Positions 1-9,126 of a stretch of DNA of 54,839 nt are shown piece by piece (within the stretch, counting starts at the first letter, position 1; each line of letters starts with the position of its first letter). The notes under the pieces are model-generated. The model searched no databases. It worked only from the letters and a program-made list of their open reading frames with translations, and had not been told where the DNA came from. This DNA comes from an uncultured Dehalococcoidales bacterium. GTDB taxonomy: Bacteria > Chloroflexota > Dehalococcoidia > Dehalococcoidales > UBA2162. Made by a program: the position numbers and the translations under genes. Location: NCBI GenBank assembly GCA_964569715.1, contig CAZMUD010000001.1:1-54839 (forward strand), given 5' to 3'.

Positions 1-1
1 G

Positions 2-259
2 GCTACCTTCACTTTCAGCGCTGAGGAACAAGAGCTTTTCCAATCCAGAGGCTATGTTAATGAGCCCAAGCGTTGTCCCTCATGCCGTCAGGCAAGGAAG
101 TCACAGCGCTACGGAAGCAGCGGCTACGGTTCCAGCCGACAGATGTTCCCCGCGGTATGCGCCGAGTGCGGCAAAGCCACCGAAGTACCCTTTGAACCTC
201 GTGGTGATAGGCCGGTTTACTGCAGCGATTGCTACCGCAAAATCAAAATGAGTAGTTAA
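2..259 (+). CDS. zinc-ribbon protein (CxxC-x17-CxxC type), C-terminal part; 5' end outside window
   Basis: Frame 2 is open from the window edge: ATFTFSAEEQELFQSRGYVNEPKRCPSCRQARKSQRYGSSGYGSSRQMFPAVCAECGKATEVPFEPRGDRPVYCSDCYRKIKMSS, with TAA at 257-259. It has CxxC pairs (CPSC; CAEC...CSDC). It is not in the ORF track; track ORF 54..251 is the overlapping wrong frame. Confidence 0.6.
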   Translation, partial: ATFTFSAEEQELFQSRGYVNEPKRCPSCRQARKSQRYGSSGYGSSRQMFPAVCAECGKATEVPFEPRGDRPVYCSDCYRKIKMSS

Positions 260-336
260 TGCCGGGGTTTGACCTCAGGACATACATGGGTTGAGATAAT
301 TGGCCCGTGTATGTCCCTAGAATGTGTTGGTGTGTT

Positions 337-522
337 ATGTCGTTAGAAGTTTCGATACGTGAAGGTGAATCCCAAGATTCCCTGTTGCGTCGCTTTCAAA
401 GGATAGTGCAGACGAGTGGAATTCTGCGCGAGGCAAAGGCCCATCGTCATTTTCTATCCAAGGGAGAGACGGCACGTCTGAAAGCGCAAAAGAGCGCCAG
501 ACGAAGGCGCAATTACAGTTAA
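337..522 (+). CDS. rpsU: 30S ribosomal protein S21
   Basis: MSLEVSIREGESQDSLLRRFQRIVQTSGILREAKAHRHFLSKGETARLKAQKSARRRR has S21 length, an LRRF.R motif and a basic tail. Start taken at the internal ATG 337 of ORF 307..522. Confidence 0.85.
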   Translation: MSLEVSIREGESQDSLLRRFQRIVQTSGILREAKAHRHFLSKGETARLKAQKSARRRRNYS

Positions 523-628
523 ACCAGAAAGCAACCAATGAGCTAATGTTTCTGGTCGAACTCAGCATAGGTACTTGAGGCAAGACAGTCGGCACGGGGT
601 TACGAAATTAAGCAAAAGGAGCACTAAT

Positions 629-946
629 ATGAAAATCTATGTGGGTAACTTATCCTTTGATGTAACTGAGGAAGAATTACGGCAAGAATTTGAGGCTTTT
701 GGAGAAGTGACGTCTGTAAACATCATAACAGACAAGTACAGTGGGCGACCTAAGGGATTCGGGTTCATTGAAATGGCAACAGTGTCCGAAGGTCAAGCTG
801 CAATTACTGCCCTCAACGGAAAAACACTAAAAGAACGGACCCTTAATGTTAATACAGCTCGCCCTCGTTCTGAGAACAGAGGTGGTTCGTCTTACGGTGA
901 CCGGAGAGGCGGCGGGTTTAGCGGGGAAAGACAGAGAAGATATTAA
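629..946 (+). CDS. RRM-type RNA-binding protein with RGG-like tail
   Basis: MKIYVGNLSF (RNP2) and KGFGFIEM (RNP1), with C-terminal RGGSSYGDRRGGGFSG. AAAAGGAG lies upstream of ATG 629. Confidence 0.9.
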   Translation: MKIYVGNLSFDVTEEELRQEFEAFGEVTSVNIITDKYSGRPKGFGFIEMATVSEGQAAITALNGKTLKERTLNVNTARPRSENRGGSSYGDRRGGGFSGERQRRY

Positions 947-1075
947 ACTCTCTCTTCATTTATTTCTGCTTAAAACACACAAAATATATTCATAACTCCG
1001 AAGGGCTATTAGTTTAGGCGTTAGTGACAAACAGTGAGCCAAGCCTAACCTAATCACCAAAGAAGGATGAGCAAT

Positions 1076-1402
1076 ATGAATATCTATGTGGGCAACTTAT
1101 CTCTCGAGGTGACTGAGGAGGAATTACGGCAAGAATTCGAGGCTTTTGGAGAAGTGATATCTATAACCATTATGAACGATAAGTACATTGGTAGCGGGCA
1201 ATCCAGGGGATACGGATTTGTTGAAATGCCATCACAGCCTGAAGGTCAAGCCGCAATTACTGCCCTCAATGGAAAAACACTTAGGCATAGGACGATTGAT
1301 GTTATTCAAGCCCTCCCTCTTTCTCACAATGGTGGCAATAGCTCCTATAGTCACAAGAGAGGAAGCAGGTACAGTAGGAATGTAAGACAGAGAAGATTCT
1401 AA
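1076..1402 (+). CDS. RRM-type RNA-binding protein (tandem paralog)
   Basis: MNIYVGNLSL (RNP2) and RGYGFVEM (RNP1). GAAGGA lies 8 nt upstream of ATG 1076; ATG 1067 is too close to the SD. The first ~90 nt are very similar at nucleotide level to 629..720. Confidence 0.9.
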   Translation: MNIYVGNLSLEVTEEELRQEFEAFGEVISITIMNDKYIGSGQSRGYGFVEMPSQPEGQAAITALNGKTLRHRTIDVIQALPLSHNGGNSSYSHKRGSRYSRNVRQRRF

Positions 1403-1672
1403 ACCCTTGGTCATAATCTATATGCCCGAGATATATAGCAATCAGCCAGTTTATTTAGCCGAGGTTAAAAGTTAGATTAAGAACTCCTTGTTCCGTCCGC
1501 TTAGCTCCACCATGATGGGCGGTAGATAGAACTGGTATGACTTATCTCCTTAACAAGGCTCCCAATGAAGGTTTGCTTTTCCAGAAGTGCGCTCTACTGG
1601 AGTGGGACAGGTCTTCTATATAAAGTATCACGGCCTTAATGTTGGTGCAGGAGTGACTATCATGTGCAAAAA

Positions 1673-1704
1673 GTGGTCGGGGTGGAAGTCTCCACCCCGA
1701 CCAC
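1673..1704. terminator. bidirectional intrinsic terminator hairpin
   Basis: Perfect 14-bp stem GTGGTCGGGGTGGA / TCCACCCCGACCAC with loop AGTC. It is flanked by CAAAAA on the left and TTTACTTTT on the right, between convergent genes. Confidence 0.75.
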
Positions 1705-1755
1705 TTTACTTTTGGCGGGTGAGCTTGCGCTCGCCGTTACCCCTGCTCTATGAGA

Positions 1756-3543
1756 TTATATTGCTAGGTGAATAGCCTGCGAGGCAACGACAATCCAGGT
1801 GACTAATATGCCACTGAGGAAGGCTCCAGCGTACACATGCCCCGTCTTACGATAGAAGTAGGTGTTAACTAGGGCGACAATTGTGAATATTGGTAGCAAC
1901 TGGAAGGCAATGATACCAAATAGCGATTCATTAGGGAATGCCAATTCACCACCCGCTAGGAGCGGTATGTACTGGACCAGCAGCAAGACCACGAAGCCGA
2001 TAACCAGCAGGCCAAAGTTTATCAGCATCTCACGACCACGGCCAATCTCAGTTCCTTCACCTCCCCTGGGGCGAAGTTGACCGTGCAGTGTCATGGCCAG
2101 AACCAGGAAGAAAGCGGTAAAGGGAATCAGGTAGCACAGGAAGATACGGAAATGGAGTGCCGACATCGGTTTCACCGCGAATACCCAGAAGCGAAAGTCA
2201 GTCTGGAAGAACCAGTCCGAGAATGCCAGACTCAGGTAACCGGCAAGTGCCACCAGGGCAGCTAACAAGAAGGACTTGCCAATCCTTTTCCACCCTATCC
2301 CACTGCCCCAGGTGAGTCCATAGTCGCTGGCGGTGGCTTTCGCCTTGCGGTTGAACACGAAATGCCACAACAGGAAAAGCAGCAGCGCGATAGCACCGGT
2401 CAGCAGTACCCATATCAACAACTGGGTGGTGATATCTTCGGGGAAGAGCGGGTTGGCTGCCATCTTCCACGTGACAAAATATTCCTTGAACGTAAAATAG
2501 GTCAAGGGCGGTAAGGCAGCAAAGATAAGAGCCGATATCCACCATGTAATGCCCTTGGCAGACTTAGTTTCGGCCGGGGCTTCCCCCAAATCTCTGAAGA
2601 AGCCGGACTTACTCAAGAGCAAACTGCCGACGGGGAAGAGCAGCAGGACCATGCCGATGAGGGCAATCAAAGTACCGATTTCCTTCCAGAACCATATCTG
2701 GTTGGAAGGCGGTAAATCGTTGCCTCCCTCCAGGGTTGACTGGAACCATTCAACCGCATTGCCAATAGCCGTTGTTGAAAGATGGTCACCCGGGTGGGTG
2801 GTGGTCGGCATGTAGAGCTTGCGAGCGGTACCGTCCTCAATTGAGCCGTACAATTCGCCCACGACCACAGGGTCTGTTGTTCCAAATTGGGCTTTAAGCT
2901 TATCAGTGTTGACGATGTCCTTGGGGATAGCCGCGCCCCACATGAGCTGTGAGAACTCGTCCCACTCTGAAAAAATCAAACCTAGATTGCGTGGGAAGCT
3001 ACCTGTACCTGGTGGAGAGTAGACGCCGGTAGCAGACCCTGCCAGGATGATAGACTTGTAGGTGGTCGGGTTCACAGCTGCTGCTATGACGGCCGCCCAG
3101 CCACCCATCGAGTGCCCTTCGAGGCCGATGTTCTCTTTGTCAACGATGTCGAGACTGCTCAGGTATTTCAGACCATCAGTGCCACCAAAGGCGTTTGCAA
3201 AAGCGGGCGGGTCTGAATAGCCGTGGCCGGTTTCGTCCATCGCGAGCACCACATAGCCGCGCCGCGCGAACTCGATGGCAAAGCCATCCTGCATTTCGCG
3301 AGTGTTGATGTAACCGTGAATAGCGAGAATACCAGGAGCCGGGTTATCTGCGGTTACACCATCGGGCACGTACAGCAAGCCGCTAATAATCACACCGTTA
3401 CTGCCGGCAAAGCGTATATCCCGGACTTTCACGTTGCCCCAGTCCCTTTGAGTCAGATTGGCTAGCAGTCCACCTATCAATATCAGACACAGGGCAATCA
3501 CAAGGACTATCTTTGTATACTTGGTTCGTTTTTCACTTTGCAT
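1756..3543 (-). CDS. membrane-anchored alpha/beta hydrolase fused to a C-terminal polytopic membrane domain
   Basis: N-terminal TM segment; HGY...DETGHG and nucleophile elbow GHSMGG; the C-terminal half contains several hydrophobic segments. GGAGGAG lies 5 nt upstream of the ATG. Confidence 0.65.
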   Translation of the reverse strand: MQSEKRTKYTKIVLVIALCLILIGGLLANLTQRDWGNVKVRDIRFAGSNGVIISGLLYVPDGVTADNPAPGILAIHGYINTREMQDGFAIEFARRGYVVLAMDETGHGYSDPPAFANAFGGTDGLKYLSSLDIVDKENIGLEGHSMGGWAAVIAAAVNPTTYKSIILAGSATGVYSPPGTGSFPRNLGLIFSEWDEFSQLMWGAAIPKDIVNTDKLKAQFGTTDPVVVGELYGSIEDGTARKLYMPTTTHPGDHLSTTAIGNAVEWFQSTLEGGNDLPPSNQIWFWKEIGTLIALIGMVLLLFPVGSLLLSKSGFFRDLGEAPAETKSAKGITWWISALIFAALPPLTYFTFKEYFVTWKMAANPLFPEDITTQLLIWVLLTGAIALLLFLLWHFVFNRKAKATASDYGLTWGSGIGWKRIGKSFLLAALVALAGYLSLAFSDWFFQTDFRFWVFAVKPMSALHFRIFLCYLIPFTAFFLVLAMTLHGQLRPRGGEGTEIGRGREMLINFGLLVIGFVVLLLVQYIPLLAGGELAFPNESLFGIIAFQLLPIFTIVALVNTYFYRKTGHVYAGAFLSGILVTWIVVASQAIHLAI

Positions 3544-3867
3544 TTACTCCTCCTAGATTGGTATCGAATCTGTATGAACCACTGGCACTTCTTGTAAGAT
3601 ACCACGGGGTTGTAAAGTCCATCAGGTGGGTAAAAACGGATAAATTAAACTCACAAGGTTACCACCTCCTCTTCGACGAGTCAATGATAAACATCTGATA
3701 TATAGTAGTGCGGAGTAGCGGACTAATTGTGGAAAGTATATACCTGTCTTTGGAATAATACAATAGTTATGGCAAGTCGTTTGGAGAACTGGATGAGATT
3801 CCGGGGGCTGCGGTGTATGGCTCACATAAAGAGGGAATAACACCACTACCGTTACCAGGGCATGACT

Positions 3868-3905
3868 TTGCGTAGTTACTCATTACCGCAATTGCGCAGT
3901 TACTC
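3868..3905. promoter_or_regulatory. cluster of TTGCG/CGCAA half-sites including the 10-bp palindrome CGCAATTGCG (3887-3896)
   Basis: tTTGCGtagttactcattacCGCAATTGCGcagttactc. The direct repeat TTGCG[T/C]AGTTACTC occurs twice. The same palindrome recurs at 5017-5026. Confidence 0.45.
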
Positions 3906-4215
3906 TTTTGAAGAGCTCCTCATCGGTCTTAACTCCCCGCACATCCAGCTTGGTGGTGCTGAAAGCCCGCACCATAGCCTCAATGAGCCTCGTCTTGCTG
4001 ATTTTCTTCCCACCGCTGAACTTCGCCGTTGAAGCCAGGGCTTCTAGGTAGGCATCTTCGTCGCGGTTTAGAAATACGGATAGCTTAATCATAGCCACCT
4101 TGGCTTGCTCAGTCGGTTCCCCCTTTTTTGGTGTTGCCGCTGGTTTATCAGCACCGGTGAGACGGTCCAATGCGGTCCCGTAGGCAAGTTCCTCGGTTAC
4201 GCTAGCCCTTTTCAT
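3883..4215 (-). CDS. small ParA partner, probable ribbon-helix-helix DNA-binding protein (ParG-like)
   Basis: ATGA overlap with the upstream ParA gene. The N-terminal ~45 aa are low complexity ([14 protein letters not shown]). The C-terminus [42 protein letters not shown] fits a strand-helix-G.S-helix pattern. Confidence 0.5.
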   Translation of the reverse strand: MKRASVTEELAYGTALDRLTGADKPAATPKKGEPTEQAKVAMIKLSVFLNRDEDAYLEALASTAKFSGGKKISKTRLIEAMVRAFSTTKLDVRGVKTDEELFKRVTAQLR

Positions 4216-4988
4216 TTCATCACCTCTTCTATAAGTAATCTGTAGGCATTGGCTCCGACAGACTTGGTGGCATAGGTGAGTATCGACTGCCCGGCTGCCG
4301 GGGCTTCCTTGAAGCGAACACTCGTGGGAATAAGAGTATCAAACACCCTTATCTTGTCACCAAAAGCTTTCTTGGTAACCTCTATAACCTCCCTGCTGTG
4401 CAGGGTGCGGGAGTTGGTCATGGTAAACAATATGCCTGAAATCTCCAGAGCCGGGTTAATCCTATCCTTTATCCGGATAATCGTGCTCAGTAAGATTACA
4501 AGCCCTTTCATAGCCAGGAAGTCGGCTTGCAGGGGTATGATTACCTTGTCGGCTGCGGATAAGGCGTTGATTGTTAAAAGCCCGAGGCTGGGCAGGCAAT
4601 CCACCAGTATAAAATCGTAAACCTGGCGTATTGGCTGGAGCATCTCTCTTAACATCAGTTCCCTGGTAAACGCCCCCACCAAGTCAAGCTCGGCCTGCGA
4701 TAGCTCTATGCTAGCCGGGACAAGGTCAATATTAGGCTTGCCGGTCGGGACAATAACATCATGGATTGAGGGGCTTCCTCTATTCTTGATAGTGCTAGCC
4801 AGGACATCATACCCCGTGCGTTCGAGAGCATCAGGGTTAAGCCCCATGGTGATGGTAAGGCTAGCCTGTGGGTCCCAGTCAATAAGCAGCACCCGCTTGT
4901 TATGTTCACTGAAACCTTGAGCCAGGGCTGCTGCCGTAGTTGTTTTACCTACTCCGCCCTTCTGATTGGCGATACAGATAACCGGCAT
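4212..4988 (-). CDS. ParA/Soj-family partition ATPase
   Basis: Deviant Walker A in [22 protein letters not shown], then [12 protein letters not shown]; 258 aa. Confidence 0.9.
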   Translation of the reverse strand: MPVICIANQKGGVGKTTTAAALAQGFSEHNKRVLLIDWDPQASLTITMGLNPDALERTGYDVLASTIKNRGSPSIHDVIVPTGKPNIDLVPASIELSQAELDLVGAFTRELMLREMLQPIRQVYDFILVDCLPSLGLLTINALSAADKVIIPLQADFLAMKGLVILLSTIIRIKDRINPALEISGILFTMTNSRTLHSREVIEVTKKAFGDKIRVFDTLIPTSVRFKEAPAAGQSILTYATKSVGANAYRLLIEEVMK

Positions 4989-5009
4989 AACCCCCCCCTG
5001 TTATTCATA

Positions 5010-5038
5010 ACTATAGCGCAATTGCGTAATTGCGTCAA
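5010..5038 (-). promoter_or_regulatory. putative parA promoter with operator in the spacer
   Basis: Minus strand reads TTGACG - 17 nt (caattacgCAATTGCGc) - TATAGT, ~22 nt upstream of ATG 4988. The spacer is filled by CGCAATTGCG (5017-5026) plus TAATTGCG. Confidence 0.5.
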
Positions 5039-5064
5039 TACGGAGTTTCGCAACTAGCTCTATA

Positions 5065-5093
5065 TTGATTCAAGTATGACAAGGTGCTACACT
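5065..5093 (+). promoter_or_regulatory. possible sigma70-type promoter for the GNAT/GT4 genes
   Basis: TTGATT - 17 nt - TACACT. This would leave a very short leader before ATG 5107. Confidence 0.3.
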
Positions 5094-5106
5094 GGTGCGT
5101 ATACGG

Positions 5107-6087
5107 ATGAGCTATACTGTTACCCAGGAGAGTTTTGATAGCCTTGCTTCCTGTTGGGATGACCCAAGTCAGCGTTTGCGGTGGAATTCAATCTGCATTT
5201 TGCCTGCCTGGTTGAAGACCTGGTGGCAAGAGTTCGGCAGCGGAAATGAGCTCTTTCTGAGCGCTGTTAGGCAGGGAGAGAAAATCATCGGCATTGCTCC
5301 ACTTCTAGTAAAAGAAGGGAAGGCTTCTATCATCGGTAGCGATGACCTCTGTGATTATCACGACTTTATTATTGCCCCAGAAAGGGAAAAGGATTTCTTT
5401 GGCGTCCTGCTCGATGATTTAAAGCAGAAAGGTGTCGGTCACCTAGATTTAGGACCGGTGAGGCCTGATTCAACAGTGCTCACCCACCTGGCAGGTATAG
5501 CCCAGAACCGGGGATATGAGGTTCTCTACCACCCAGAGGATGTTTCTGTAGAGCTAGATTTACCCGCTACCTGGGAGGAGTATCTGGCGATATTGAGCGC
5601 AAAGCAGCGCCATGAAGTGAGACGCAAGCTAAGGCGATTATGGGAGGCAGGTAAGATTGATTACCACTTTGTTAAGAATAGTGCGGCTGTCCATGACGCT
5701 ATGAGCGTTTTCCTAAAGATGTTTTCCGAGAGCAGGCAAGATAAAGCAACCTTCCTGACTGCCCGAATGGAATCGTTCTTCAGGTCACTGGCCGAGGCTA
5801 TGGCTGAGATTGGACTACTGAGGCTCGGCATTCTTGAGCTGGATATGTTGCCCGCAGCTATGATTATGTGCTTTGATTACAACGATTGCATATATCTCTA
5901 TAATAGTGGCTACGAACCCCAATATAACTCCTTAAGCGTGGGGCTACTTTCTAAAGTCCTCTGCATCAAAGAGAGCATTCAAGAGGGCAAAAAAAGGTTT
6001 GACTTTCTCAAAGGGGATGAAACCTACAAATACCACTTGGGCGGGAGAGAAGTCCCCTTATACAGATGCCAGATAACTATCAAGTGA
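5107..6087 (+). CDS. GNAT-superfamily protein of the CelD/BioF2-like (FemAB-like fold) type
   Basis: ~326 aa with C-terminal ...YLYNSGYEPQYNSLSVGLLSKVLCIKESIQEGKKRFDFLKGDETYKYHLGG, typical of this family as I recall it. The start could be 5095 or 5107. Confidence 0.55.
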   Translation: MSYTVTQESFDSLASCWDDPSQRLRWNSICILPAWLKTWWQEFGSGNELFLSAVRQGEKIIGIAPLLVKEGKASIIGSDDLCDYHDFIIAPEREKDFFGVLLDDLKQKGVGHLDLGPVRPDSTVLTHLAGIAQNRGYEVLYHPEDVSVELDLPATWEEYLAILSAKQRHEVRRKLRRLWEAGKIDYHFVKNSAAVHDAMSVFLKMFSESRQDKATFLTARMESFFRSLAEAMAEIGLLRLGILELDMLPAAMIMCFDYNDCIYLYNSGYEPQYNSLSVGLLSKVLCIKESIQEGKKRFDFLKGDETYKYHLGGREVPLYRCQITIK

Positions 6088-6109
6088 CAAAGGAGAGGAG
6101 AGAACTCTG

Positions 6110-7342
6110 ATGCCAGCCACCCAACTGAGAATAGCTATGCTCAGCGTGCATAGCTGTCCCGTAGGCAATCTGGGAGCCAAAGATACTGGCGGCATGAGTG
6201 TCTACATACGAGAACTGGCTCGCGAACTGGGCAAGCAAGGACATTCAGTGGATGTCTATACCCGTGTTCACGACCCCGTAGACAGTCAAATTTATGCTCT
6301 TGGTCAGAATGCCCGGCTTATTCACCTCAGGGCAGGTGAGGTTGAGGAGATACATAAGTTAGCCGTATATTCTTATCTTCCCGACTTTGCCTGCAATTTG
6401 GAGAATTTCAGGAAGCATAACGGCCTCCAATATGATTTAGTATTCAGCCATTACTGGCTTTCGGCTTGGGTGGGGGAATATCTACAACAATGGTGGCATG
6501 TCCCCCATATCACCATGTTCCACACACTGGGTGCTGTTAAAAATACTATTGGTATTGGAGAGGATGAGCCTGAACTTCGTATTGAGGCGGAAAGAGACCT
6601 GGCTCAAAATTGCCATCATATTATCGCCCCAACGGAGAAAGAAAAAGAGGAGCTTATCCTGCACTACGGCTCTTCGGCGGAGAGAATTGGTGTAATTCCT
6701 TGTGGAGTGAATTTGGAGCTATTCCAGCCCGTGAACAAAGAGCTAGCCAAACAGCAACTAGGCTTTGTTGACGATAAGGTCATCCTGTTTGTCGGCCGGA
6801 TTGAGCCATTAAAGGGCATAGACCAGTTAATAAAGGCTATGCCCTACCTGCCAGATACTCAAAAACCAAGATTGGTTATAATCGGCGGCGATGAAAATAG
6901 CCAATATGAACTAGAAAAGCTACAGGGACTGTCCCGCAACCTCCATATACAGGATTCGGTTACCTTCCTGGGTTTGATAAAGCATGAGCAATTGCCCTAT
7001 TTTTACAGTGCGGCTGATGTTTGTGTGGTCCCCTCCTACTACGAAAGCTTTGGGCTGGTAGCTCTGGAATCCCTGGCTTGCGGCACGCCAGTAGTGGCGA
7101 CCGATGTGGGCGACCTCAAAGGTGTTATTCGTCAAGGAGAGACGGGGTATGTGGTAATAGACAATACTCCCCACCACCTTGCCGATAAAATAGCTTCACT
7201 GCTTTCCAAGCCAAGCCCTGATACAGAATCTGCCCTCTCAATTCGGGCGTCAGTAAGCAGATTTGACTGGCCAAATATCGCTGAGGCGATTATCGAAGAA
7301 TGCCGACTGGTGCTGGCTAATTATTTTGCCCTCGTGCCTTAG
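6110..7342 (+). CDS. GT4 glycosyltransferase, MshA-like (D-inositol-3-phosphate glycosyltransferase family)
   Basis: LSVHSCPVGNLGAKDTGGMSVYIRELARELGKQGHSVDVYTR, FSHYWLSAWVG, FHTLGAVKN and the EX7E region SYYESFGLVALESLACGTPVV. Confidence 0.7.
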   Translation: MPATQLRIAMLSVHSCPVGNLGAKDTGGMSVYIRELARELGKQGHSVDVYTRVHDPVDSQIYALGQNARLIHLRAGEVEEIHKLAVYSYLPDFACNLENFRKHNGLQYDLVFSHYWLSAWVGEYLQQWWHVPHITMFHTLGAVKNTIGIGEDEPELRIEAERDLAQNCHHIIAPTEKEKEELILHYGSSAERIGVIPCGVNLELFQPVNKELAKQQLGFVDDKVILFVGRIEPLKGIDQLIKAMPYLPDTQKPRLVIIGGDENSQYELEKLQGLSRNLHIQDSVTFLGLIKHEQLPYFYSAADVCVVPSYYESFGLVALESLACGTPVVATDVGDLKGVIRQGETGYVVIDNTPHHLADKIASLLSKPSPDTESALSIRASVSRFDWPNIAEAIIEECRLVLANYFALVP

Positions 7343-7378
7343 TTTTCCCACCCTTCCCTGACTTCCCTGTCTCGTGTC

Positions 7379-8332
7379 CTAGTTTAAAACCTTTTCGTAC
7401 CACAAGCTGCTTGTCCGAACCTCAAAACCAACAGACCGGTAAAGGGCACAGGCTGTCTCGTTCTCACTGTCAACGCTCAACACAGCCACCCTTACTCCTT
7501 TGCTTCTGAGGCGAGCCAGCCCGGCCAGCAGCAATCTTCTACCTATGTCCACTCCCCTGTAATCCGGGTCCACGCCGAGCATAAAGATTCGCCCTTTTCT
7601 TTCGCCGATGGCTGCTTCCCCCTCACCGGTTACCTCCGTCCAGCAATAGCCAGTGACTTTATCTCCGTCGTAGGTTAAGACTACATCCTCCAGGGAAAAA
7701 CTGCTTAGATTGGTGCGGTAGGTTACTTCTTCCATGGTGTTGGGGTTGTATCCCCAGGTGCCAGCAAAGGAACGATTCTGAATCTGGGTCAGTTTGTCTT
7801 CTTCACCACGCCTTAGATGGCGGCACCCTAGAGCAGCCTGGTCAATATCCTGCCAACGGAGCTGAGCCATGTCCAGCCTCAATTCAAGGAAACGCCGGAC
7901 ACACTCAAAACCCAATTCAGACAGCACACTTTCGGCAACAACATTATCCTCCCTTATATTTACATGGGCTGCTTTGACTCCCAGTTCTCTAGCCCGGCGG
8001 ATAGCGTAACTAAGGAGTTTTATGGACAACCCTCTTCTGCGATGCCCAGGTTGTACCCAGGAGTTGAGAATAACACGCTCTACGGTCAGCTCCGGTGCCA
8101 CATCCATATAGCCGACGAGGTTGCCAGCTACTTCAACAATAAACAAGTCTTGCTCAGGGGAATAGTTTGGCCGACCTAAGTCCTCAGCAATGACCTGCGG
8201 TGAAATATACCGCCCGGCCGGCTCCAGTCTTTCAGCTTCAACGCTTAATAGGACAAACTTATTGAAATCTGCAGGCTGATAATTTCTAATGGTATAATGG
8301 GAATTACTCATATTACTCACCGACATCATCAA
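7379..8332 (-). CDS. tandem-GNAT acetyltransferase, MshD (mycothiol synthase)-like
   Basis: Two GNAT halves, VQPGHRRRGLSIKLL and VDPDYRGVDIGRRLLLAGL...LSVDSENETACALYRSVGFE; ~310 aa as in MshD. The start is ambiguous (TTG 8332, ATG 8329/8326/8311). Confidence 0.6.
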   Translation of the reverse strand: MMMSVSNMSNSHYTIRNYQPADFNKFVLLSVEAERLEPAGRYISPQVIAEDLGRPNYSPEQDLFIVEVAGNLVGYMDVAPELTVERVILNSWVQPGHRRRGLSIKLLSYAIRRARELGVKAAHVNIREDNVVAESVLSELGFECVRRFLELRLDMAQLRWQDIDQAALGCRHLRRGEEDKLTQIQNRSFAGTWGYNPNTMEEVTYRTNLSSFSLEDVVLTYDGDKVTGYCWTEVTGEGEAAIGERKGRIFMLGVDPDYRGVDIGRRLLLAGLARLRSKGVRVAVLSVDSENETACALYRSVGFEVRTSSLWYEKVLN

Positions 8333-8406
8333 GCCATAATTGTATCAGCCTCACAGATATTATACAATATCTAGTTGGTATCTCAAAACGAGGAGGCTCA
8401 AGTAGA

Positions 8407-9102
8407 ATGGTCAAGCCGGTTCAGGTGATGGTGGTTACTCCGCATCCGGACGATGCTGAATTTGGCGTCGCTGGAACGGTGGCTCGCTGGACACGTGAAG
8501 GGAAGGACGTCATATACGCGGTCTGCACCAACGGCAACAAGGGCACTACTGACCCCAACATGAAGCCGGATGAACTGGCAAAAATCCGAGAGAAAGAACA
8601 ACTGGCGGCGGCCAAGCTGTTAGGGGTAAGAGAGGTCATCTTCCTGGGCTATCCAGACCAGACTTTGGAAGATACGCCTGAGTTCCGGAAAGAGATTGTG
8701 CGCTTGATTAGGATGTATAAGCCTGAGACAGTGGTAACTGCTGACCTATACCGGCGCTATCTCTGGCATCGTGACCACCGAATCACCAGCCGGGTTACAT
8801 TAGATGCCGTTTTCCCTTATGCCAGGGATTTGCTTGCCTACCCTGACTTGCTGGAAGAAGGTCTTCAACCTCATAAGGTGAAAGAGGTATTACTCTGGGG
8901 TGCTGAGGAACCCAATTACCGCTCTAATATCACAGACACCTTTGATATCAAAATTGCTGCCCTGCGCTGTCATAAGAGCCAGGTAGGACATAACCCATCC
9001 CCAGAAATGGAAGGATGGTTGAGAGAGCGGGCTAAGAATATGGCCAAGGGAGAGGATTACGAACTAGCCGAGGCTTTCTACCGACTAGAGATATGGCGGT
9101 AA
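8407..9102 (+). CDS. PIG-L family deacetylase (MshB/BshB-like)
   Basis: VMVVTPHPDDAEFGVAGT...H.DH motif (WHRDHR). GGAGG lies 10 nt upstream of the ATG. Confidence 0.8.
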   Translation: MVKPVQVMVVTPHPDDAEFGVAGTVARWTREGKDVIYAVCTNGNKGTTDPNMKPDELAKIREKEQLAAAKLLGVREVIFLGYPDQTLEDTPEFRKEIVRLIRMYKPETVVTADLYRRYLWHRDHRITSRVTLDAVFPYARDLLAYPDLLEEGLQPHKVKEVLLWGAEEPNYRSNITDTFDIKIAALRCHKSQVGHNPSPEMEGWLRERAKNMAKGEDYELAEAFYRLEIWR

Positions 9103-9126
9103 TTAACTCCTGCCCACAGGAATGAG

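Noticed and set aside
54-251. 65-aa ORF in the track at the left edge
   Set aside because: It is the wrong frame. The +1 shifted frame gives a coherent zinc-ribbon protein with paired CxxC motifs running from the window edge to 259.
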